The position numbers were made by a program, and so were the translations under genes. Of a DNA stretch of 64,000 nucleotides, positions 14,184 through 26,699 are shown one piece after another. The DNA comes from Pecten maximus (lineage: Eukaryota), in NCBI RefSeq assembly GCF_902652985.1, contig NC_047028.1:12462001-12526000 (forward strand). Direction: 5' to 3'. Positions within the stretch are counted from its first letter, which is position 1. Each line of letters starts with the position of its first letter. The notes beneath the pieces are model-generated. The model saw only the letters and a list, made by a program, of their open reading frames with translations, did no database searches and had not been told where the DNA came from.

Positions 14184-15147
14184 TCAGGGACAAATAGTAA
14201 TGTCGTAATTAATCATTTTTGCAGTAAACATATATGCGTAGATGCAGCCCTCATGGAGTTTATACAAGATAACGGAGAGAACAGAGCGGTCGATGTTACA
14301 CCCATCTCCGCCATTTTCACGATGTCCTGTCACCGACAGAGTACCTGCCCTTTTTATCGAAATCGCCACAGGGATGCGCAGAAATCGTTTGTTTTGAAAA
14401 GAAACATTTACGTTTGACTGCGCATTTCATCCATGGTGATATGACTGTCTCCATGACGCCAGTTCGTCGGTTGATGAGCAGCCAATCAGTGTTCAATTCT
14501 CGGGTATATTCGTAAAATATCGGCTCGTCCCGGACACTTTGCGTGACAATGTCCTTTGTGGCTTTAGACTTGAGAAGCTCCCTGCTATCCAGTACAATGA
14601 TCCCGCTTTTAGCAGACCGCGCAAGATCAAACAGGATGTTCAAGCTACCGTCAGAATTAAATCGGAGTGAGGATCCAACCCACATAACGAAATCATACTC
14701 TACAAGCACTAGGTCTAAAATTATTGGTTTCAAAGCGCCTGATTCGATCCGCTGAAGCTGAGCAGGATATTCGAAGAATGGAAATCGACGTATTTCCATG
14801 GCAACATCTTTAGACCAACTATACAATGTATCGTTCTGTGTCTCAGTCAAACCAATGTCATAGAATATCACATAAATGCTAGGATGTTGTCGTGTCAAAT
14901 TCACTAACACAGTCTGTAACATGATCATCGATTGGTCGAAATTATGCGCATGAGCAGCGGAGACAATGACAGGTAGATCTTCGACTTCTTTTACAGCGGG
15001 TATAAGGGGAGGGATGTATTCTTCTTCTGTGAAGCATTTGAGTTTTTCTTTAACTAAGGTCGACATCACAATTAAGAAAAGGACCGATATAACAAAGAGA
15101 CCTAATGTCACCAATCCAATAACTGGTGGAGCACATCGTGTTTCCAT
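14184..15147 (-). CDS. DUF1647-like (GT-A fold-like) type II membrane protein; single coding exon with an apparent frameshift near 14320-14360
   Basis: ATG at 15147 just after a polypyrimidine-CAG acceptor (exon starts 15151). N-terminal TM helix VIGLVTLGLFVISVLFLIVM. Motifs VIVSAA..HNF, IFYDIGL, KPIIL, VMWVGSSLRF and PWMKCA. The expected C-terminal C..D.SVLSVILYKL lies in another frame (14184-14369). Family assignment is from motif recall only. Confidence 0.65.
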
Positions 15148-15409
15148 AATACTGAAAAACAAAATGAAATGGTGATCAAGAATACACAGCGGGTACCATT
15201 ATAGCTCTATGGTCGTCAGGAAATAACATAATTCTAGAAATAAAACTGCTGGACACTTCTCTATGTGACAGTGCTTCATGAACACTAGACTTTTCCCATT
15301 CTTCGTGTACCTTTTCAAGGGTCGTGAAAGTCACTCTTTTGCTTGAGGCAGATTAAAATACGGTTTCGTCTCCAAGTGAAGTATTTAAGGATATATTCAC
15401 AGGTTTTCG

Positions 15410-15750
15410 CGAAGATAAAAGTTTATCCTGGATAATCAAGTTTATCCTGGAGATCAAAGTTGATGCTGGAGATCAAAGATTATCCTGAAGATCAAAATTA
15501 ATGCTGGAGATCACGGTTTTATTGTGAAGATCAGTTTATTCTAAATATCACAGTTGAAGACGAAAGGAGACGAAAGTTTATCCTGAAGATCACACACAGT
15601 TTATCCTGAAGGATCAAAATTGATGCTGAAGATCAAATTTAATCCTGAAGATAAGAGTTTAATGTGAAAATCACAGTTTATAGTGAAGATCAAAGTTTAT
15701 CCTGAAGATAACAGTTTATTCTGAAGGTCATAGTATATCAATCATGAAGG
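15410..15750. repeat. Degenerate ~20-bp tandem repeat
   Basis: Recurring GATCAAAGTTTATCCTGAA-like units. Confidence 0.7.
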
Positions 15751-17270
15751 TCACCCAGTGATCAGATTTCAGCAGACATGCAAAGTTATTATTTTCATTA
15801 AGATTAAATCTGTTTAACCATCAATGACAAGGAGTTATGTGACTGCTCAATAAGCACATGAAGTGACACTTGCGTGGAGTCTTGTAGATACTGACGAAGG
15901 TTTAGCACATTCGAGGAAAATCCAACAACCAACTAATTCCATGCAAGCAGTTCCGGGTCGTCTCTGGTCTGGATCAGCATCACGGAGTATTTGATTTGAC
16001 TTCAAGTATGTTTTACTGAAGTGGATCAAAGGGACTTAAAAGAAGTTCTTACAACTGACTCCTCGATACTCCGGGAGTTACGTATTCACTCTCTGAACAG
16101 GAATGTGCCAAAGTAAAGTTGAAGGTTCAGTCACCGACATCTTGTGGGAAAAATAAAAAGACAACATGTATTTTCAAAGTAAAACATAAAAGAAGTTACT
16201 TTCTCGAGACACACGCATGCACAACATTGCCCTTACGAGAAGTGCCTTTTTTATATTGTATGTATATACAGTATATATATATTTGGATAAAAATCAAACA
16301 TGACATCACACTTGATTCTCATTACTAAGCTAAAATATTTTGATGATATATGTTTTTAAAACTGTAGCGTATCATAATAATTGCACACAGTACTATTTTC
16401 CAGTTTTTATAATTGTCTATTATTGGCAATAGATTGGTATTCATAAAACACCGATCTTATTTGGTCTGTTGAGCTTGAATAAAATGAACACAACAAAACC
16501 AATCACCATTGTGTTGTCTGGTGTGTGGGACAAGGATATCAGACTTGTCGTGTAACATGGCTGTCTAGTGTAATGTATTGATTCGAACCCCCTAATACTA
16601 CCCGATTAACCGTTATACATGTAGCTCCAGGATTATATCATGAAATAATAAAGATTTAATAACCATTATTTTCTTGTATAATGCATGTGCGTCTTTGAAA
16701 TATGTGTACCGTCGATATTCGATCAAAACAACTACTGTTTCACGCGGTAATATTCCCACAGACAGACAGTGAGTTGCCTTGACAACATCCTTGATGTAAA
16801 CAAGTACAGGTACTCACCCGTGCATGACCCCCGCGTGTGTTAATGGAGCCGGGAATATGCAGCTACATTCGATGTATCAGCAGTTCATTTTACCAATCAA
16901 TTCTTCGTCGAGATGACGCCTCTGTCTCAGATATTTCATACAAGGTAACTCAATATATTATTAACTACCGTGGTCTTTATATCATACACAGCAAATAACT
17001 ACAAACTAGTCAGGCTTAATTAGATTATAAGGCCGGGTGGTTATCGAGATGATATATTGGTCTACGATGTATAGATTAAAAAAAAACCGAGGTGCACCTT
17101 CTACAAAAACCGCCTTTATGATTAATAAGTTATATGATATCTTATTTTCTCCTTACTGACATAACGAGAATCGTATGTGGTATTAAAACTAAATAAGAAA
17201 CTTTAAAACATCGCTGTGTAACCTAAGGACAACACAGTCAAAGAGGATACAAGAGAGACCGGGACTTTGG

Positions 17271-17343
17271 TTATCAGGGCTTTGGAAGGAGTGAATGGGA
17301 TCTAACAGAACAGTCCCATTCACTCCCTCCAAAGCCCTGATAA
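17271..17343. repeat. 73-bp near-perfect hairpin
   Basis: 30-bp arms TTATCAGGGCTTTGGAAGGAGTGAATGGGA / TCCCATTCACTCCCTCCAAAGCCCTGATAA, one mismatch, 13-nt loop. Confidence 0.8.
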
Positions 17344-17959
17344 TCTCACATGTATTTTATTTATACGATCTATTCCTCTCAAATTAAACCCATGGGACTT
17401 GTTCCCCCAGTAGCCTGATGTATACACTGTATGGGTTGGCTACAGATCGGGCAGAAACAGGCGGGCGGCTTGTGCATTATTTTTTTTTTCATACGCGTAG
17501 AATGATGTTAATCTGGTAAAATTCGTGGACAAATGAAACCGGTTAAATTTGGTAGTTTCATTGAGTTTGATTTGAGAAGAAATTGAAATATTTGAAGTAA
17601 TAGCCTCTTTAAATCAAAATCATTTCACAATAAAAACGTCATAATAACGCAATGGTTCTCAATCAGAATCATTGCTGCGTTTGATTAATCCGTAGCGCTG
17701 TGTGAATTCCTCGACGTTGATCAAAATAGTGTAACAATCACGCCATGTTATATAGACTACATGTCCGCGCTCAAAGCAAACTTCATTTTATTTATCTTCA
17801 CAAAATTAGATGTACAGAGAAAAATATGTTTACAACAATGTACAAACAAAACAAATTTGATTGCATGTGGAGGACAGATCATGAGAATTTTTTAAACATA
17901 TAAAAATCTCCAAAACTTCTGATTTTTTTTTTTACATTTTTTTAGTGTCCTTTTTTTCT

Positions 17960-18210
17960 GAAAATTTAATAAACTTTGGTAATTCGTATGACAAATTCTG
18001 TTTTTATATTCAATATTTTGCCATCTCCCAGTTACTACTATAAATTTATGATAACAAGTTCTAAATTTACACAATAACCTTCGCCTATTCTCATTTGATA
18101 TTTCTAAATAATTTTCAAAATCACAATTATTTTTATATATTCTATAACAAACAGATTTAGAGGAATTAAAAACTTCACTGCTAAACTTCTTGTAAGAACT
18201 GGTCATCTAA
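17960..18210 (-). mobile_element. LINE ORF2 C-terminal remnant
   Basis: Translation SSKSVCYRIYK...FENYL...LCKFRTCYHKFIVVTGRW..IEYKNRIC resembles the C-terminal region of non-LTR retrotransposon ORF2. Confidence 0.65.
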
Positions 18211-18645
18211 TATTTGTTTTACAGATAGTTTTACAAATTCTAGGTTAATCTCATAAATATACCCCAGGTTAACATGGAGATAATAGGAGATTGCGCCGCC
18301 AAATGTGAATTATAAAATAGAACACATCTATCATTGAGAGGGAATGCTTTCGAACTTTTGGCGACATACTTATGGACTTAACACACCTGTATTTAAACCA
18401 TCTACATATGGTCACCGGTCAACACTAGGTAATAACATCAGTTCTATAACTCTTGTGTCGACTACCCCATAATTCATTGGATTATAATTTCATACATTAT
18501 TCAATTACGTAACTCAAAATGAACTTATGAAATGAGATAATTAATTCACAATACTGCTGTCAATCCTGTTTTACCATGTATTATTGTTATCCATTTGTTA
18601 ATGTTCATAGATAGTGTCTGCACTGTACTTGTTATGAGAATAAAC

Positions 18646-18865
18646 TTTTGGTTTGTTTTTGTTTAACGTCTTATTAACAGCCAGGGTCATTTAAGGACGT
18701 GCCAGGTTTTGGAGGTGGAGGAAAGCCGGAGTACCCGGAGAAAAGCCACCGGCCTACGGTCAGTACCTGGCAACTGCCCCACGTAGGTTTCGAACTCGCA
18801 ACCCAGAGGTGGAGGGCTATTGTTAAAGTGTCGGGACACCTTAACCACTCGGCCACCGCGGCCCC
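18646..18865 (-). mobile_element. tRNA-derived SINE with V-domain, full length
   Basis: A box TGGCCGAGTGG, B box GTTCGAAAC, V-like core and 11-bp TSD TGAGAATAAAC (18635-18645 / 18866-18876). Confidence 0.9.
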
Positions 18866-19479
18866 TGAGAATAAACAAGTGTCATTGTAAACAACAAGGA
18901 GACTCCGATCATGGTTCCATTATATGCCAACGAAACGATGTAAAACTGACAGAACTATATACAGCAGCAGAGTCATCACCTAATTAGTGTGTTTTAATTA
19001 CAGTGTGTATGTATTGGTAAGTTGTGTATTGGCAAAATCAATCTGAGGTAAGTTATGTTTATATTTAAAATACTACCTATCTAGTGGATAGAAGCTCATT
19101 AATTTTTATTTTGAGGTTTGTTGTTTTTTAAACACTGTTATAACGTTTTAGTAAACTTTTTTTGTATGAAATATTCACTAGGTTTTATCTGTTGATGTTT
19201 TTTTTATTAATTCCATTTTTGTAGAGTGTTATTTGTAATAAGATAACAAAGCTGACTTAATTGTACATGTTTTCAACCACTATGTACAACTTTAAAATAA
19301 GGCAAAAAGACCGTAATTGGTTAAACACATTTAATTTCAATTTAATCGAACTATTTCGGATCTTGTAAATAACATTACTCTCTCTCGTAGATTGATCTAA
19401 CAGATCTATGATATATCGGAAGCGTCAGAAATAAAAAACAAATGCATAACTTTGTTTGGGTACACATACAAGTGTTAAC

Positions 19480-19570
19480 TGCGTTCGTTTGATTTACCCT
19501 ATTCCGATAAATTACACGAGTGTACACAAGTAAACATTACGCCCAACGCGGAAGTATTCCACAGGTAAGT
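19480..19570 (+). promoter_or_regulatory. Putative promoter / non-coding exon 1 of serpin copy 1
   Basis: CGTTTGA...TTCCGATAA...GTAAACA (19530-19536)...CGCGGAAGT (19547-19555)...CAG|GTAAGT donor (GT at 19565). The same motif order occurs upstream of copies 2-4. Confidence 0.6.
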
Positions 19571-20589
19571 CAAGTTTTATTGATACAGATAACTGATATA
19601 CAAACCAAGACCATAGCGTCTTTAAATTTGATCAGTATTATATTCTCTGTGCAATATCAAAAGTAGAAGCCCCCGACAAATAGCAAAGAAAGTAAAAAGG
19701 TTGACACTTCAGGATTTACCTGAGATGAACTTTCGTGCATCCAACTGTATGTACTGTAGACGTGTGTTTCGTGTATTGAGAAATTGATGCATGACATGGA
19801 GAATATAACACGTCTTCTGACTAACAACCTCTATGATCGTGTAATGTTTAATGCTTGGCTGCGAGGGAATATCTAAAATATATTATAAAACAGGCGAGCC
19901 TCTGTACAGCTTCCATCTTTTTATTCTTCTTTTCAACTATCTCCCAAAAACGGATTCGGAGAATCTGGTCAGGTATAAAATAATAAAACATGCTGAAGTC
20001 CTACTATGCATCAATCTGTTTAAAATACCATCTTAATACACTGCGTTATGAAATACGATAGTTTGTAAATATGATCTGTATTTTAATCAGATCGTAGATG
20101 CATTGACCAAATTTCTGTGTCCAGTGCCTCTAGCACATCGTAAGACCCTCTAAATCAGCTGGAAAAAAAGGGAAAGAAACCTTTAAATCCGGGCATTTTT
20201 TTTTACACTTTGTGTTTAAAAAAGCATACGAGTATATAGAATACTACACTTGTCATTTTCCTCCTTAACCTTTCAGCAATACCTTAATATATAGTTACAC
20301 GTAGTGTATGTTAGCGGCAATAACATATAAATGAATATACAAGCACATGTAATTCAATAAATATTTTGAAAAAAAAACATACGTTTAAGACGCTCACAAT
20401 TTGTTATTTTGAAACTTATTTCCCCTGGATATATCCCATTGTCAGTCCATGTGAATGGGTTTGCTAAAAATGTAACTACGTGGGTTCTTGCTTAGAATTA
20501 GAATTACAATGCATTTATTGTTGATATACGAAAACATGAACTTTTACACTTAAGCCTTGATGTCAATTTTCTTTAGTTTCATCGGGGTA

Positions 20590-21230
20590 AAATTAATTTT
20601 TCTTTGTTTTCATGGTAAATACTCAAATGTGATTGGTCGAAAAATTCTTTTCATTCTTCTATGAAAGAAATTCCGAGAATGGCGCGAAACATGTGACGTC
20701 ACAATACGACAATTGACGTTGCGTATTGATTTGAGAAAAAGAATCCCATTTAAAACCAGTAAATTGTACATAAAACATGTTTTAAATTAGAAAATCATAT
20801 TCAAAAATGAATTATAAGCGTTGATGTCAAGTATTTTTTAGTTTCATCGGGGTATGAAACCAAAAAAAAAATGACATCAATGCTTAAATGAAAAAAAATT
20901 TGTTTGCAAACTGTATGAATCCGCTTGATTCTTACAGAAGTTTGCAAACAAATTTTTTTCATATCTCTCTGAAACTAAAAAATAATTGACATCAACGCTT
21001 ATAATTAATTTTGAAAATAATTTTCTAATTTAAAACATTTTTTATGTACAATTTTACTGGTTTTATATGGTATTCTTTTTCTTCAAATCAATACGCAACG
21101 TCAATTGTCGTATTGTGACGTCATATTTTTCGCGCCCTTCTCGGATTTTTTTCATAGTGGTATGAAAAAATATCTCAACCAATCAGAAAGCCGCATTCTG
21201 CTTACCCACAACGGAAAATTAATTATATTT
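20590..21230. mobile_element. Long palindromic MITE/foldback element in intron 1 of serpin copy 1
   Basis: ~260-bp inverted arms, e.g. TGACGTCACAATACGACAATTGACGTTGCGTATTGATTTGA (~20694) versus its reverse complement at ~21084-21124. Confidence 0.8.
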
Positions 21231-21408
21231 AAATATAATTTTTGGCAATATATTCACACCTTGGGTTAAATATGGTATATGTGAGTCATAAAATGATGGG
21301 AAATGATTTTGACAAAATCAATCAAATGAAAGTAAATGAGTTATATACATCCTTTCTAAATTTGCTGGTATTTCATTTTTTCAGGAATTGCTGTCCTTTA
21401 ATCTTACC

Positions 21409-22596
21409 ATGGCTTTCCATCAGTCACCCAGAAGCGCCACAGTCTTCAGAGATGATAAACTGCATACAGATTTCCAGACGTCCAATGCGGAGTTTACCTT
21501 GGAGATTTATAAGCGTTTGACTAAAATGTCCACAGACGGAAATTTGTTCTACTCGCCTTTCTCAATCTCCGCCGCCATGTCCATGGTTTATCTTGGTGCC
21601 AGGGAGCAGACGGCAGACCAGATGATTCCCGCGCTTAGTATTCAATCCTTAGGTCAGCGAGTGCATGATGCTTATGAGGATTACTTGAAGGTGGTTTTAG
21701 GTAAAAGCGATAATGTCACACTTCATATTGCCAACAGACTATATCCTAACAGTAAGACGGACATTGTACCATCTTTCATTGAGCTATGTGCTAAGCACTA
21801 CCAAGCTGACACCAAAACAATGGACTATCGACAATTTGAAGCTGCAAGAAAAGAAATTAACGAATGGGTAAGCCAGCAGACAGCAGAGAAAATAAAAGAC
21901 CTTCTTCCTGAGGGATCTCTAAATCCATTAACAATGATGGTATTGGTAAATGCCATCTACTTCAAAGGTGACTGGGAGACACCATTTGACGACAAAGTTA
22001 CTAAAGATATGACTTTCCATAACCTTAACGGTCAACAAAAGACTGTGAAAATGATGATTGAGAAAGCTACAAAATTTCCGTTCAAACAAGATGATGAATT
22101 AAAATGTAAGGTTTTGGAATTGCCCTATAGAGGAAATGACCTCTCAATGGTCATTATTTTGCCAAATGATATAGACGGATTACCTGCCCTTGAAGAGAAA
22201 TTAACCCCTTCCGTAATTAAAGGACTTACGACAAAAATGCCACCTATAAAAGTGGAAGTGTTTCTACCAAAATTTAAACTTAAATCGAGATTTGAGCTTT
22301 CAAAATTGTTCCAGAGCATGGGAATGACAGATCTGTTTGATGGATCCAAAGCCGACCTGACTGGCACAGACGCTTCCAAGATGTCGTATGTGTCCGCCAT
22401 CTTTCACCAAGCTTTTGTAGACGTAAACGAGAAAGGCACCGAAGCAGCTGCAGCAACAGCCGTTGTAATGATGTTTGGAATGGCTCGTCCAACAACGCCA
22501 ATACAGTTCAAGGCCGATCACCCATTCATGTTTGTCATCAAAGACAATCGATCCGACACAATTTTGTTTGTTGGAAGGTATGTCGATGTCGTTTAA
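21409..22596 (+). CDS. Serpin copy 1 (395 aa), predicted intracellular; RCL P2-P1-P1' = Phe-Gly-Met
   Basis: Serpin motifs NLFYSPFSIS, NAIYFKGDW, LPKFKL, hinge EKGTEAAAAT and FKADHPFMF. Acceptor TTTTTTCAG ends at 21384 and the first ATG (ACCATGG) is at 21409. No signal peptide and no KDEL. Confidence 0.95.
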   Translation: MAFHQSPRSATVFRDDKLHTDFQTSNAEFTLEIYKRLTKMSTDGNLFYSPFSISAAMSMVYLGAREQTADQMIPALSIQSLGQRVHDAYEDYLKVVLGKSDNVTLHIANRLYPNSKTDIVPSFIELCAKHYQADTKTMDYRQFEAARKEINEWVSQQTAEKIKDLLPEGSLNPLTMMVLVNAIYFKGDWETPFDDKVTKDMTFHNLNGQQKTVKMMIEKATKFPFKQDDELKCKVLELPYRGNDLSMVIILPNDIDGLPALEEKLTPSVIKGLTTKMPPIKVEVFLPKFKLKSRFELSKLFQSMGMTDLFDGSKADLTGTDASKMSYVSAIFHQAFVDVNEKGTEAAAATAVVMMFGMARPTTPIQFKADHPFMFVIKDNRSDTILFVGRYVDVV

Positions 22597-23859
22597 ACGC
22601 CAGAAAGGGACGAATCACGAAGATAAATATAGAGGACCTTGTATTACCTATCACACACCAGACTTTATGTACTGATATACGTTTAGTGCAATGGAACTTT
22701 CCTGGCAGCTACAGTTGGTTCTGATGTTTTCACTGTATAGTCTTATAAACTATTGTCCACGTCCACTCGTGGTGTAAAATTCGGATACCAAAGTATGTTC
22801 AAATTAACTTTACACTCATTTATTTCTTGTATGTATTTTCTTATAACTTTTTGCCATCTGTTCAAGAAGGATTCTTTTCTGGTGATGTATCTTATTGTCT
22901 TTTTTTTATGTTTAATTGGTAATTGAAGGCGATGTATACCCCGGTATGTGTATACCTGGTCTGCATTGTTAAGGAGTCTAGACAAAAGTAGAAACTAATT
23001 TTATAATTAATTTATCAGCGTGTTCTGATCACAGTGAGCGATGTTGAGGTTTGAATTTCTTGATTCTTGTAATGCTATTTAAAGACTGCAATTTCCGAAC
23101 ACATCATAAGACTTCTTACATATTTCTAAAAAGGTGAGAAAAACATCGTATCTGCTTATTACTTCCCATGTCATAAGTTTTGATGTTCGATGTTCAGAAT
23201 TTATTAAAGTAATAGAACGCATGATAAACGACAGGCTGTGCGCACGATTACATCTGTTTAAAAAAATCCTCTGTCATAAACACAGCCACGCGCGCGTATG
23301 CATATTTTCGGTGTGGGGGGGGGGGGGGGGGTGCAAAAAGTAGGTACGTTGTAAGATGTGTAATACTTTTTCATTTGAAGGAAAATATTAACTCCGATTA
23401 TTTCTTCGAACGTATCAATTTTGTTAACTAGAAAAGATATCAAAATGTATACATACATGATATATATCCATGCTTTGCCTAATTTTGTCATTTTGTTAAA
23501 AATAAATTGCAAATTAACAAATTAACTCATTGGCAAACCAATAATACAGCACCTGGCGATTTTTACTTGTTCATGTCATAGACGTAAGACGTCCGGTCAA
23601 AAAGTGGAAGCAGAAAGCGATATTTAATTGATCAATGCAAATAACGTTATTGTAAGGAAGAGCAATACTTCTGTATGCTGTGTAATAATTGACTGTTGGT
23701 TGTTCAATTCTGTCGGAAATGAAAATAATAAAAATTCAAAATGTCAACATTGACAGCGGTCATCATTTATAAATTATTTTTCTTGTTATCTATATACAAT
23801 GTAATTATATCGGCAATGAATAAGCTTCGCAATCATTGATTGCACATGATAATTATATT

Positions 23860-25690
23860 GGGCCAGTAGTTCAGATATTATGCAAAGAAAGGAACAAAAA
23901 TACTAATGGCAAGTTTTAGAAATACATCAAAGTATGCAAAGAAATATATATACTTGACAAAGCGTAGAAGTACATATCTGAAATGACATAGAGCTTATCA
24001 ACGATACCACAAACGTAATAATGTACAGACTTTTTGAAAACAAAAGAAATACAGATTGACCACCCAACCTATTCATAGTACAGATTTATAAGACCTTTGT
24101 TGGAATATGCGAGTGAAGTTTGGAAAAAATGTATCAATGCAGATTCAGAGAAATTAGGAAAAAAATCAATTAGAAGCAGCCATATTAGTTTCAGGTTTAA
24201 CCTCCTTCTCTTAGTAGACAGTCAATATACTCGTATATAGAAACTGGATGGGAAACATTGTCTGAAAGAAGAGAGCAGAAACAAATGTTATCATTCTATA
24301 TTTATATTCAGTATGCTTGAAAGCATTGGCGAAAATTGTATCCATTTTTCATAACAACATTAGCCTCATCACAGTGAGTAGTAATATCAGGGACCGCGTT
24401 ACTACGAGTAGTACTCTCCGCCGTCGGATTTCTTCTTCTCTTATTCTTTTAAATAAATGCGATCCATGAAATATTTACATAAACCTAATATGTTACGGTC
24501 TTCTAAATGTTCAAAACATAAAAATCACTCCAAAAATTTCAAAGAATAAATGGTGTAGATAAAACTACATTTTGTTTGTATTGTTTTATGACGGTTGCAA
24601 AGACCGTGCCAAGAATTGGCGGACAATTTCCCGCGAAAATGAATGTTCTCTCTCCGACGTCACTCCCAGGTAAAACATTAAAAATGCATTATCTATTTTG
24701 AGGTGTTTTAACAGATAAGATAAAAAATAATCAATATGTAAATACATTGTATAACATTCATGACGTCAAAACAACATTGGGTTTCTGGACATATTTACTG
24801 TGAATCACTAACGCGATTCAAGGAATATGTCCAGAAGCCAATGTAATTAAGACCTCATGAATGTTGGAAAGATACATTTTTTTTTTCAAACAAACATTTT
24901 ATTCACTCAGATTTATAGCAATACACATTACAATATTTGTCCTCTCACAAGAGGGCTCTCACTCGTCATACTTCATTCACACACTAATTTAATTTACTAG
25001 TTTCCATATTGTGTACTGTACCTTATATATCTATTGACTAGGCCTAAAAAAATAAAATAAAAAATAAATTACACGGTTTTTGTGTGTTTTTTTTTGTTTT
25101 TTTTTAAATCCGCTTATCCGACGACCGTATCGTTGTATTACCCGCCATGCTTACATTAATAATAATAAATTTCATTCCTTAAATAAAATGTTCCATAATA
25201 TAGCTTCATCTATTTAAACGACATTTTACCAAACAGTGTTAACGAAAGTAGACATCTAATTTAAGAAATAATCAATATTATGTACCACCTAGATGTCTCC
25301 CGGTGCTATTTGAAAATCATTTCTTCCTAGTACAGTAACAATTTGGAATTCTCCAGATATTTCTGTAAGATCTTTAGAAACTATATCAAAATCTAAAAAT
25401 CAAATAAAACGGGAAAAACTATAACTAGACTGACGGTCGGAAACAGAAAACTTGATATTATACATACCCGACTTCGACATGGATGTAATGCCGACCTCTT
25501 TAAAGTCAATTTTATTTTGTATCCATCTTGTAATTGTTACTTTCCCGTTGTAAATGCATCCCACTACTATTATCTATATATCATGTGAATATTGCTTTGA
25601 ATTTGATACTCAATGGTTCTGATACACAACGAAAATATACGCTTGACAGTTGAAAAGTATATAAAAAATACTAACCGGTTTTAGTAAGCT
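23860..25690 (+). mobile_element. Degraded LINE (CR1-group-like) ORF2 3' part, interrupted by ~1 kb of other sequence
   Basis: Fragments RFIRPLLEYASEVW (~24082), ETGWETLSERR (~24240), KSFLPSTVTIWNS (~25314) and LDIIHTRLRHGC (~25451). The interrupting segment contains a hairpin at ~24753-24865. Confidence 0.7.
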
Positions 25691-26169
25691 TACCGATATT
25701 TTTATTTCTTAAATTGTGTAAGATATTTATTGTAATAACTAATCCATATTCATCAAACTTATTTACATGGATGGGTGTTTCATTAGTATTTGAAGTAAAA
25801 TAGTACATATTAACCACTCGTCCTATAATCAATAGTACAGATTGACTACTCGTCCTATAATTAATAGTACATATTGACCACCCATCCTATTAAATATACA
25901 GACTGACCACCCATCCTATTAACAGTACAGATTGACCACCCATCGTATTAAGTTTTCGTCATCTGCAGACGCTTATCTGTTCAGTTGTATTTTAAAAATG
26001 GTCAGTTATATTTCTTCAGAAAATGTTATTTTGATTTCTGAAATATGAAATTATCTTATTCATCCGTGTTTTATAAATAATGAAATGAAATGCATATCGT
26101 CTTTTATGTCAGAAATATTCCTTCAAATCCATAAAAAGGGAGATAATGTTTTGTGAAGTTTCGCGCAAA

Positions 26170-26296
26170 AGTTCGCTCCGTTTGTTTGATTTGCTTCATT
26201 CCGTTAATTTATATATGTATACATGTAAACAAACGAGTCCACGCGTTCAATATCGCGGAAGTATATTGTGTGTATGTTAATCAAAGTAGGTAAGTA
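26170..26296 (+). promoter_or_regulatory. Putative promoter / non-coding exon 1 of serpin copy 2
   Basis: TGTAAACA (26224-26231), CGCGGAAGT (26254-26262) and donor AG|GTAAGT (GT at 26290). Confidence 0.6.
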
Positions 26297-26699
26297 ACTA
26301 ATATATCTACATTAGTTTTGTAAGGTGGTTGTACTGATATTCTTGATACAATGTCCGGCTTATCTGTGTAGGTAAAGAACTGATATCAATAGATGATAGC
26401 GTTTGTGATAGTTGTAATCGATTTATATAAGCAGTTCTTCATACAGGAAAATTTAACAAGAGCCGGTCCCGAAGAGGACGAGAGTTACTAGGTTTACACA
26501 TTTTACCTTTCAAGTAAATGGAATTTATCAGTTAATTAACTTGTTTAGCGCATACATGACGGATTCTACTGCTATGTTTCAGCAAAACGATTATATCGGT
26601 GTTAGTTACAAAGTAGTCATAGTGGCGTATCGCCCGCATGAATCCGGAATGGAAGGGTGGGTAAATACGGGATTTTACAGTAAGGGGAACGCAAGTGAT

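Noticed and set aside
18780-18865. tRNA gene (A and B boxes)
   Set aside because: It is the head of a SINE with a V-like core, tail and TSD, present three times in the window.
14184-21409. PDCD10 head-to-head with the serpin, as for the neuroserpin lineage in deuterostomes
   Set aside because: No PDCD10-like coding sequence is recognisable in the window; the divergent neighbour is the DUF1647-like gene, so synteny gives no support for neuroserpin orthology.
22594-22626. Stop-codon readthrough restoring ER retention in serpin copy 1
   Set aside because: Readthrough would end ...ERDESRR*, not KDEL, and TAA-A is a poor readthrough context.
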